This document shows, one piece after another, positions 34,680 to 46,500 of a DNA stretch of 64,000 nt. The notes beneath the pieces were generated by a model, which saw only the letters and a list, made by a program, of their open reading frames with translations, had not been told where the DNA came from and ran no database searches. The DNA lies in the NCBI GenBank assembly GCA_002269645.1, contig NIVC01000074.1:1-64000 (forward strand). The letters are read 5' to 3'. Both the position numbers and the translations under genes were made by a program. The DNA comes from Macrostomum lignano. Lineage: Eukaryota. Numbering within the stretch: the first letter of the stretch is position 1; each line of letters begins with the position of its first letter.

Positions 34680-35946
34680 GCTAAGTCTTTGAGCATTAAA
34701 GTTCATATAAAAATAATTAAACACTTTACACAAAATTTCTACATTCAATTATTTAGAATTTTTTAAAATTTAATTGACATGATTGGTAGATGACAAAATG
34801 ACTCCCTTCAGTTAGTGTAGGCCTATATGAATTAAGATGACAGTGACTTAAATTGAGATAGGGTGATAAACAACTAAGATAACAAAATGGCAGATGAAAT
34901 GACTAGGCCCCCTACGAACCATGGGGCCTACTCCATAACCATATCCTTTACCTCTACTAGCTATATCCATAGGCCTAACTTCCAATAGGGGCCTAGTCTG
35001 TATCTGTAGCAATGGAAGAACTCTAAAATATTTAGATTTCTGCCTCTAACCTAACGCTCTAATCCGCCTAGTAACAAATTGTCATCTTTCTATAGAAAAA
35101 AGCTTACTAAAATTTGTTATACCTAGGCCCCCTAATTGTGGCTTGTGCTTGTGCCATATTGTAGAATTTAGGCCTACCCATTTTAGTTAGGGACTATTTA
35201 AAATTGAAAGAACAAGATAGTTGTATCATAAGTTCTGTCAGATATAATTTGATCTCAGCACCGCAAATAATTTATAGCAACTGACGAATAAAAATTACAC
35301 AACCATTAGTGTTAGTGGAGTTTAATGCTAAACGAACTCGGAAACAACAGATAATTATGGCCGCGTAAGTGTAAGAAATCTATTTTTATGTAACAGGATG
35401 ATAAAATAATTATTGAATTCAAAACTAAACCAGAAGTCGATTGTAAATTATAATTACGCTCTTAAGTAACTTATGAAATATTTATAACTTTTTTCTAATT
35501 GTATTTAATATCTAATGGTCTAAAATTGTTTTTTCATATGCGTAATTATGTCATTTGCATCCGGAATACTCTTAGTGACATCAGCTTACTATGTTTCTGC
35601 GTACATCTGCTTTTCTTCACCGTTGCAGATTTTGTCACTGAAAAGTGGATGAGCTTCCAGTCTAATCGCAGACATATTTATTAATTTAATAATTTCAGAC
35701 TAGCTGGGACAGGAAAGTTCACGGATAGTTATCGGAATCTGAACGCATGTCAGTGTCTTAATATGCCATAAATGACTGGTGTAATGTATGTCTGTAGTCC
35801 CCCTAGCGCTCCAAAATAGCTGTTGTATGCACATATGTGTATATACACAATATGGGCGTATATACCGACTATTTATCACATCAAGTACAAGCAGAATGTA
35901 TCTCTCCTTAAGCATACATGTAACGTATCGTACATCATCGTACTAC

Positions 35947-36320
35947 GGGGGCCGTAGCCCAGCGGTCTAGCGCAGGCTCTGGTGTACCAGCGACCCAGGC
36001 TCGATTCCAAGTGCAGAGTCACATTAATTTGGGGCTGAATTGGAATCTCGGCTTGGCTCTTCTCGTGCAATTAACGGCCTTGAGAGCCAACCCCCCAAGG
36101 CGCAGTGAAGTGCAGTATGCCTAACGATAAAATACAAGTTAGGGCCGCTGTACACTCCTGTGTGAGTGTGTGCCTGCGTACGTATCCGCGCGCTTGTATG
36201 CCTGCTCAGGGGAGTCGGTGGAATGGGCATGGTAATGCCTCTCGCCGGTTGTGTGCCAAATGTCGCTTAAAATGCGCCAGGGTGCAAACAACCCCCCGGC
36301 CTCTAATAAAAAAGGTAAAA
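35947..36320 (+). mobile_element. tRNA-derived SINE, family 1 (copy B)
   Basis: Same head, body and CTCTAATAAAAAA tail as copy A. Confidence 0.8.
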
Positions 36321-36971
36321 AAGGGCCCCTTTGACCACTTCCTGCATGGTGAATCAGAGTTGGACGGGCCTCCAGGCTCGACAGGGTTAAACGGGCCTAC
36401 ATGTACTTTGTTTTCTAAGCGAGGGGGAACGTAGGAATTAAATTACTATATACGAATGCTAAAATTATACTGCAGTTACATGCCTGACGTGTGCTATAGC
36501 ATATCCCTGTTTTGCTACTTGCAGTAGAGTATATGGAAAATTTCAATTGCGCATTGAATCGCACGCAGCTTTTGCTATAAAAACTGTACAACAAACCCAC
36601 ATTGCTATTGGTCCTTGATTTGCATTGGTTGTTGCTTTCCTCACGATATGATCTTTGACCTAAAAAGCCCAAGCAGGGAAAGTGGTGCGAGATTTCGGCC
36701 ATGGAAAGATAACAGGAAGAGACAGACGCCAGTAAATTCAATTCAACTGGTTTCCTAGATTCTTTACAAACCGAAAAGGTAGTCTATCATGTACTATAAC
36801 GAAAATACACGTAGGTAACTAGTGGTTCACTTATCTCTTTTATCATTGGCTTATTTATCAAAATTATTTTATGAATCAGCTCTACAGCAGACAGAATGTA
36901 CTATTAGTGTTGGCCATCAAGCATCTGAAATAATCATTATTCATATTAATATTGAGATGCCAGTTATAAAT

Positions 36972-37068
36972 ATGAATCGCCTTTTATTAATAGTGCAATG
37001 CTGTCTGGTACTCAATGGAATGTTGTCGACTGGTTTGTTAACTGCTAATAATAAGTCTGAAGCTCGTG
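36972..37068 (+). CDS. ADAMTS9/gon-1: ADAMTS exon 1 (signal peptide MNRLLLIVQCCLVLNGMLSTG)
   Basis: Hydrophobic N-terminus, donor G|gtaagt, phase 1 matches exon 2. Confidence 0.65.
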
Positions 37069-37510
37069 GTAAGTGCTGCTTTTTAAATAGTGTTTTTCAC
37101 CTCAGTTCATGCAATTTATACGACGCGAAAGAGTAACTTGTGTTATTGTGTACGAGTACGCAGGCAGAGCACCTCCAGTCATCCAGAGGGGCAAGTCATT
37201 GTCGTGCGATTTGCACACGGGAGGGCCGCTGCACACCCTGTGTGAGCGTGTGTACGGAATGCATGCCTGTGTGCAGTATTGGCACGCTTGTGTGCTCAGG
37301 AGTCAGCGGAATGGGCAAAGCTGCCTCAGAGCTTGTTTGTGGGACTATGTCGCTGAATATTGATTGTATTTTTTGAGTAGTGTGTACTAACTTGCAGGCC
37401 ATCGGGCTCAGCCCCCAGTCCGCCATGACTTGCCCCTCTCGGTTGTTCTGCGAACGCGTCCGCACAAAGTCTAGCTAGATCTCTTTTTGTCTGTGCTACT
37501 CTCTGCGTCG

Positions 37511-37554
<44 letters not shown>

Positions 37555-40500
37555 ATATATATATATACAGCCAACTAGTCAGAAAGACGGATTTGAAGTC
37601 TGACTTTAGTCGGATATGGTTGTCTTTATGTTTACTGTCTTGACTGTTCAGGGTACAGTTTGGCCATAGACAAAGTTAAACTTCCGTCCCACTTCCTATG
37701 GAGCCTTTTGCGCGTAGACCACATCGTTGAAAAACTGATTGCTCCTTCCAGCGATTTTTCTTGGGCCATAGACTATTGAGATTTGTGCGAAGCCACAGAA
37801 CTGTCCATGCCACTTTTGGAATGGCCCCGAATGAAATAATGATCGCTAAAAGCGATATTTATGCAAGTGTGCATCGTTTTTTGAGTAAAACCGTTATAAA
37901 TATCAAAGGTTTACACCGTAGAGAGTAGGACTATAACGTTTGACGACCAATTAACTCGCAAAAAGACTGTATTTCTATGCAATAGCAATTTCATCAGCCA
38001 AGGTTAAATAGTGAAGCAAACCAAGTAGATTTGGTCTCGCCCATAGACATAGATATTTCTGCCATAGACATCATCACCTAGAATTGAATTCCAGCAGCAA
38101 CCACACTCCTTCATTGACTTCTTGTTTAATAATGGACCACCAAGATTTTTCGATACTTTCAGCTGGAATACTTTCAGGCAGAAAAGATGCTTGCAGAAAA
38201 GTTCACCAAAAAAAGAAAGTTTATGCCATTGTTTGGGAATTTCTCAACTGTTTATGGTCTACATACGAGCCGTATAGTTTCCGCAAATAGGATGCTTTTA
38301 GAGATAGTTTTAATAAACGACCGCTTCTGCATATACGGCATCGTTTCCGGATGCACTGGGAACTTCTTCCTCATTGTATTAATGCAATATATCATTGGGG
38401 CCAAAATAGGCGATACCAGCTGCCTCCGCAGTTTGAGGGGGGGAGGCTGCACAAGCTGCACTGGATTTCCACCTGCCCCTCAGCATCCCGGAGGGTCCAA
38501 ATGCACCCAGGAAATGATAAGACAGTTTCTGTGTACTGTCCCTAAATAACCCCATCGTAGCAGCTGACTTACTAAAATCCCACAAGGCGATGGGAACGAT
38601 CTTTCCCCTAAGACATCATCAAGCTCGCGAGGCCTCGATCGTGACTTGTGCAATAAAATCTAACAACCTAGCCGTATAGATAGGGCGCTTATAACTGCTA
38701 TACAACACATTCTGAAGTTTGTTTTATTGTGCTAACGTGTAACAAGTGTTCTATTTGTTGGCTGAAATTGTAAGAAACTTTCTCGCCTGGAGTAACAGAC
38801 TAGCATAGCCGTCAGAGTCGACCGATATTTTTCAGCGAAAGCAACTCTCTTCACACCACGGATTCTGCTACAAGCGATGATTTTTTAAAGCGGGGGGACT
38901 TCTATATAGACACAGGACGAGGGACTATTTTTATTGGAGCCATTTGTTGAAATGTTGTGCCACCAAGTTTTCACGGTTTATTGTCGTCACCTTCAAAAAT
39001 GCATTCATTGTAAATGAGCTGCACACCCCTGCTTCATACGGGTATACGGATTGTTGGATGGATCTTGAAGGAGAAAATTAATGCCATTCTACAGCCAATG
39101 CACCACTGTCATTGTTTATCATCTATGGCCAGAGCATCACTGTCATTGTTTATCATCTATGGCCAGAGCATCACTGTCATTGTTTTTCATCTATGGCCAG
39201 AGCATCACTGTCATTGTTTTTCATCTATGCGCAGTGAATCACTGCCATTGTTTATCATCTATGGCCTGTGCATCACTGCCATTGTTTATCATTTATGGCC
39301 TGTGCATCACTGCCATTGTTTATCATTTATGGCCTGTGCATCACTGCCATTGTTTATCATCTATGGCCAGAGCATCACTGCCATTGTTTTTCATCTATGG
39401 CCAGTGAATCACTGCCATTGTTTATCATCTATGGCCTGTGCATCAATGTCATTGTTTATCATCTATGGCCAATGCATCACTGCCATTGTTTATCATCTAT
39501 GGCCTGTGCATCACTGCCATTGTTTATCATCTATGGCCAGCGAATCACTGCCATTGTTGCACAAACGAAAAACAATATAACAAAAATTGCTGAATCGCTA
39601 GTGCGAAAGTACTTTAACGCTTCAGTTTTTGATTATTTCTATCCAAAAAAATCTACCATCACAGATCCAGCCTCTTCGAGTTCGCGTCATCGATTGACTC
39701 TGCTAGATGCGCAGTTGACTGATAAACTAGAAGTTCGCCTATTATTCCGATTGAGCTGCATCATTGCCAGGAAGATTGAGCAGTGTCAGACTCCTCCACT
39801 GTTGCTGAACGTCACCAGGTCAGTAGGCTTGTACTCATGGGCCGAATCAAATCAGTCAGCTGTACAGCGCGAGGCTGAGAGCGCGCTGTGCCAGTTCTTC
39901 GGCGACGTGATCGGCGACGGCGGAGGAGTCGGCAAAAGATTCTCTTTTGCATCTCTGAATCTGTGTCGCGGACCGGTGAGGATGTTAATATACGTGTTAG
40001 ATATGAACATCCAACATGTTAGACACTGGCATTCTACATGTTAGACACTGACATCCTACATGTCAGATACTGGCATCCTACATATCAAACACTGGCATCC
40101 TACCCGCTAACGCCTCCTCATTCTCAGCTCGGCCTTATCGACACTGGGAGAAGAAAATTCCTTGTGGAGCCTTGGCCGCGAGACTCACCAGGGCTCAATC
40201 TAACTGCGGAGCATTTCACAGCTTCGTCACAATTTAACAAGCGGGCACTGGAAGCAGCTTTCATTACAGACGCTAACTTTGTTCTTCTTTCAACTGTGGC
40301 TTCAAAACCGGGCTTGGCTACGGCCATGAGTCATCAGCATTCGTTAGCAGAATTTGGACCTGGTCGCGATCCTTTCGCTGGGAAACGTTGCGTCACCAGT
40401 GAGTGGAGAGCTAGCGATTGCGTCATACGTATCTGATTGCGTAATAGCTACGAATAATAGGCTAAAAGCTAGCGTTCGGGATAAGTTTTATTACTTTATT

Positions 40501-43500
40501 AGTTGCCTCCCTTAGGGGGGTCTAGATTTGCTAGTCTAATATACTAAAACTTCATATCTATAGATCCTTGCAGGACGGTAATACATTATGTAGATATAGT
40601 AGATCTAATCGATTTTCTAAAAAAATTAGTAGAACTAGCCAGTTTTCAAAGAACTCTAATATATCTAGTCAATATTCTAGCAATACCTAATAGTAGGTCC
40701 TTTCAACATGTTTCTAGCATTTTAAAATCTGTTTTAGACCAATTCCACTCGTAGAATACATAAATCTCATTAATCATCAGTCATTCGTTAGTTTCGAGTG
40801 AATGGCTTACTAGAACAGAGCTACTATGAAATAAACTTATAAGCCTATGCTTGACTGGCCTTGGGAAGCACGCGTCAGGCCCATTACGAGCGTCGCCAAA
40901 CTAGTTCGTGGGAACTTCAGAAATTCATCAGTAAATATTTTTTCTTCGAATTAAACTAGCTATTCGAACTTACAATGAGACACCCAAATTTGGCGCCATT
41001 GAGACAGGCACCTCCAATTTGGCGCCATTGAGACAGACACCTCCAATTTGGCACCTTTGAGACAGACACCTCCAATTTGGCACCTTTGAGACATACACCT
41101 CCAATTTGGCACCTTTGAGGCAGACACCTCCAATTTGGTGCCATTGAGACATACACCTCCAATTTGGCGCCATTGAGACAGGCACCTAAATTTGGGGCCA
41201 TTGAGACAGGCACCCAAATTTGGGGCCATTGAGACAGACACCCAAATTTGGCGTCATTGAGACACCCAAATTTGGCGCCATTGAGACACCCAAATTTGGC
41301 GCCATTGAGACACCCAAATTTGGCGCCATTGAGACACGCACCCCAATTTGGCGCCACTGAGACTGACACCCTAGTTTAGCACTATTAAAGACAGACACCC
41401 CAATTTGGCGCTATCGAGACACCCAATTTGGCGCCATTGAGACACCCCAATTTGGCGCCATTAAGACACCCCAATTTGGCGCTATCAACACGCAATTTGG
41501 CATAAAAAATGCCAATGTTTAGATGAAAAAAATGACTGTCCATTTGATAAAAACTTCTTTAATTAGTCAAAACAATCAGTAATAAATAATAAACAATGCC
41601 ATTGCACTGCAAGACTTAATTTCGGCAGGGGCATTTCTAACGAGGACATCCATCTGACAATAATTGCGCATTATACGGCAAAACTTCGCAGTTTCGCTTC
41701 TGAATTTGCATTTTAAATTCAATTTATCCCAAACTGAAATTTCCTAGGGTTGCAGGCGTAGCTGTCGCATCTAGGAGGGGGGGTGGCTTAGATTTTATAT
41801 GTCAGTCAGTGGTTGCTGATACCGCATCGGGAAGGGAGAATGTTGGGTCATAGTCCTCTGGGAATACAGGTAAAATTTCTTCAACAAGAATTCGGCAACA
41901 AGCCCCCTCACCCCTGGAGGACGACGCTGCTACGCTACTAGAATAGGCCTTCAGACGTTAGGTACGCGATGTACTTCCAATGCAAAAAAAATTGCGGATC
42001 TTTTTGCCCGAGCTAAGCTTGTTGCTAGTGTAAACAACAATATCGTTTTTCGCGCAATTGGTATCAATCATCAATCAAAAGTTAGAATTTACATGTTCAG
42101 CTCGCTGTCTCGACATTGTTTAACTGTTTAGTTCAAGCTTTTCTCGCTGGCTAAAAGTGCAGGTAAAGAAGCTTAAGGAATTCTTTGTGGCCTTCGAAAC
42201 TGGGCACCAAATGAGGTGTCAGAGAAGCGCCGAATTAAGCGCCAAATCAAATAATAGAGAAGCGCCAAATTGGGTGTCAGAGAAGCGCCGAATTGGGTGT
42301 TAAAGAAGCGCCGAATTGGGTGTCAGATAAGCGCCGAATTGTTTGTCAGAGAAGCGCCTAATTGTTTGTTAGAGATGCGCCGAATTGGGTGTCAGAGATG
42401 CGCCGAATTGGGTGTCAGAGAAGCGCCGAATTGGGTGTCAGATAAGCGCCGAATTGTTTGTCAGAGAAGCGCCTAATTGTTTGTTAGAGATGCGCCGAAT
42501 TGGGTGTCAGAGATGCGCCGAATTGGGTGTCAGAGAAGCGCCGAATTGGGTGTTGGAGAAGCGCCGAATTGGGTGTTAGAGAAGCGCCGAATTGGGTGTC
42601 AGATAAGCGCCGAATTGTTTGTCAGAGAAGCGCCTAATTGTTTGTTAGAGATGCGCCGAATTGGGTGTCAGAGATGCGCCGAATTGGGTGTCAGAGAAGC
42701 GCCGAATTGGGTGTCAGAGAAGCGCCGAATTGGGTGTCAGAGAAGCGCCGAATTGGGTGTCAGAGAAGCGCCGAATTGGGTGTCAGAGAAGCGCCGAATT
42801 GGGTGTCAGAGAAGCGCCGAATTGGGTGTCAGAGAAGCGCCGAATTGGGTGTCAGAGAAGCGCCGAATTGGGTGTCAGAGAAGCGCCGAATTGGGTGTCA
42901 GAGAAGCGCCGAATTGGGTGTCAGAGATCTGCCTCCAACCTTAGCACACTGACTAATTGGCTATTGGGAGGCTTTTTCTGTGATGTAAAAGTCCATTGGA
43001 CAAGAAAGGAAGCTTCCATCAGGTAACTAGCTAAGCATTCACTTCTATGCTATTGGGTCAAACTATAAACAATAGATCGGTATATGCTAGTAATTCAGAG
43101 GTAGGCTAACTCCAGTCCGTGAGCCACATGCGGCCCGCAAAGCCTCTCTATCTGGCACTCAGGTCTTTTGAAACTTCACGATAGCGATCCAAGATTTATG
43201 TCGCTTCTCAGTTTTCTCATCTCTTTTTTTCTTTTTTCTCTCCTCTCCTCTCTCCTCTCATCTCCTCTTCTCTCCTCTCTCCTCTCATCTCTTCTCCTCT
43301 TCTCTTCTCTTCTCTCTCCTCTATTCTCTCTCCTCCCATCTCGACTCTCACCTCTCCTCTATTCTGTCATCTGTCATCGCCTCTTTATTCTTCTCTCTCC
43401 CCCATTCCCACTCCTTCCCACTCTCATCTGGCCCGCATCAATGGTTTAGATTATTTATCTGGTCCTTCAGGTAAAAAGTTCGCCGACCCCTGTAGTAATT

Positions 43501-46500
43501 AATTAATTCAAGTGGACCTGAAGAGCCTGCAAGTTTTAAGTGAGCTAAGTCTCTTGAAGTCTATCTGCTAGTAGGTAAATTTACATTTTCTTCAAAACCA
43601 AATCATAAATCCACAGGCGCAGACTAGGGATTTGGGAACAACAATAAATCTTTTTGCGCAAAAACATTAGGGCCAAGGTCCTCTAGACAATTTTGTCTGG
43701 ATTCCCTGGAAATCCCCACAGGCACACAGAGACCCTGTCAGCATCGACCTGCCACCCCTGAATCCCCTCGAACTCCCTACACACACAGAGACCCTGTCAG
43801 CATCGATCTGCCACCCCTGGATTCCCTCGAACTCCCTACACACAGAGAGACCCTGTCAGCATCGACCTGCGACCCCTGGATCCCCTCGAACTCCCTACAC
43901 ACAAAGAGACCCTGTCAGCATCGATCTGCGACACCTGGATCCCCTCGAACTCCCTACACACACAGAGACCCTGTCAGCATCGTCCTGCCACCCCTGGATT
44001 CCCTGGAAATCCCCACAGGCACACAGAGACCCTGTCAGCATCGTCCTGCCACCCCTGGATTCCCTCGAACTCCCTACACACACAGAGACCCTGTCAGCAT
44101 CGACCGGCCACCCCTGGATCCCCTCGAACTCCCTACACACACAGAGACCCTGTCAGCATCGACCTGCGACCCCTGGATCCCCTCGAACTCCCTACACACA
44201 AGAGACCCTGTCAGCATCGATCTGCCACCCCTGGATTCCCTCGAACTCCCTACACACACAGAGACCCTGTCAGCATCGTCCTGCCACCCCTGGATTCCCT
44301 CGAACTCCCTACACACACAGAGACCCTGTCAGCATCGATCTGCCACCCCTGGATTCCCTCGAACTCCCTACACACATAGAGACCCTGTCAGCATCGATCT
44401 GCGACACCTGGATCCCCTCGAACTCCCTACACACACAGAGACCCTGTCAGCATCGTCCTGCCACCCCTGGATTCCCTGGAAATCCCCACAGGCACACAGA
44501 GACCCTGTCAGCATCGTCCTGCCACCCCTGGATTCCCTCGAACTCCCTACACACACAGAGACCCTGTCAGCATCGACCGGCCACCCCTGGATCCCCTCGA
44601 ACTCCCTACACACACAGAGACCCTGTCAGCATCGACCTGCGACCCCTGGATCCCCTCGAACTCCCTACACACAAAGAGACCCTGTCAGCATCGATCTGCG
44701 ACACCTGGATCCCCTCGAACTCCCTACACACACAGAGACCCTGTCAGCATCGTCCTGCCACCCCTGGATTCCCTGGAAATCCCCACAGGCACACAGAGAC
44801 CCTGTCAGCATCGTCCTGCCACCCCTGGATTCCCTCGAACTCCCTACACACACAGAGACCCTGTCAGCATCGACCGGCCACCCCTGGATCCCCTCGAACT
44901 CCCTACACACACAGAGACCCTGTCAGCATCGACCTGCGACACCTGGATCCCCTCGAACTCCCTACACACACAGAGACCCTGTCAGCATCGTCCTGCCACC
45001 CCTGGATTCCCTCGAACTCCCTACACACACAGAGACCCTGTCAGCATCGTCCTGCCACCCCTGGATTCCCTCGAACTCCCTACACACACAGAGACCCTGT
45101 CAGCATCGATCTGCCACCCCTGGATTCCCTCGAACTCCCTACACACATAGAGACCCTGTCAGCATCGACCTGCGACACCTGGATCCCCTCGAACTCCCTA
45201 CACACACAGAGACCCTGTCAGCATCGACCTGCGACCCCTGGATCCCCTCGAACTCCCTACACACACAGAGACCCTGTCAGCATCGACCTGCGACACCTGG
45301 ATCCTCTCGAACTCCCTACACACACAGAGACCCTGTCAGCATCGTCCTGCCACCCCTGGATTCCCTCGAACTCCCTACACACACAGAGACCCTGTCAGCA
45401 TCGACCTGCGACACCTGGATCCCCTCGAACTCCCTACACACACAGAGACCCTGTCAGCATCGTCCTGCCACCCCTGGATTCCCTCGAACTCCCTACACAC
45501 ACAGAGACCCTGTCAGCATCGTCCTGCCACCCCTGGATTCCCTCGAACTCCCTACACACACAGAGACCCTGTCAGCATCGATCTGCCACCCCTGGATTCC
45601 CTCGAACTCCCTACACACATAGAGACCCTGTCAGCATCGACCTGCGACACCTGGATCCCCTCGAACTCCCTACACACACAGAGACCCTGTCAGCATCGAC
45701 CTGCGACCCCTGGATCCCCTCGAACTCCCTACACACACAGAGACCCTGTCAGCATCGACCTGCGACACCTGGATCCTCTCGAACTCCCTACACACACAGA
45801 GACCCTGTCAGCATCGTCCTGCCACCCCTGGATTCCCTCGAACTCCCTACACACACAGAGACCCTGTCAGCATCGACCTGCGACACCTGGATCCCCTCGA
45901 ACTCCCTACACACACAGAGACCCTGTCAGCATCGTCCTGCCACCCCTGGATTCCCTCGAACTCCCTACACACACAGAGACCCTGTCAGCATCGTCCTGCC
46001 ACCCCTGGATCCCCTCGAACTCCCTACACACACAGAGACCCTGTCAGCATCGATCTGCCACCCCTGGATTCCCTCGAACTCCCTACACACACAGAGACCC
46101 TGTCAGCATCGATCTGCCACCCCTGGATCCCCTCGAACTCCCTACACACACAGAGACCCTGTCAGCATCGACCTGCGACCCCTGGATCCCCTCGAACTCC
46201 CTACACACACAGAGACCCTGTCAGCATCGACCTGCGACACCTGGATCCTCTCGAACTCCCTACACACACAGAGACCCTGTCAGCATCGTCCTGCCACCCC
46301 TGGATTCCCTCGAACTCCCTACACACACAGAGACCCTGTCAGCATCGACCTGCGACACCTGGATCCCCTCGAACTCCCTACACACACAGAGACCCTGTCA
46401 GCATCGTCCTGCCACCCCTGGATTCCCTCGAACTCCCTACACACACAGAGACCCTGTCAGCATCGTCCTGCCACCCCTGGATTCCCTCGAACTCCCTACA

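Noticed and set aside
37660-38075. Recurrent CCATAGAC motif (four copies) as a transposon subterminal signature
   Set aside because: No TIR or TSD could be defined, so support is too weak
38084-39080. Coding-looking ORFs in ADAMTS intron 1 (38187..38549 +, 38252..38461 -, and a DYF..W-like stretch near 38920)
   Set aside because: No recognisable domain, no phase-compatible open exon, and exon 1 splices cleanly to 39665 without them
41750-41940. Possible GGCGTAGC...GCTACGC MITE
   Set aside because: Only ~8 bp of terminal inverted similarity and no TSD found
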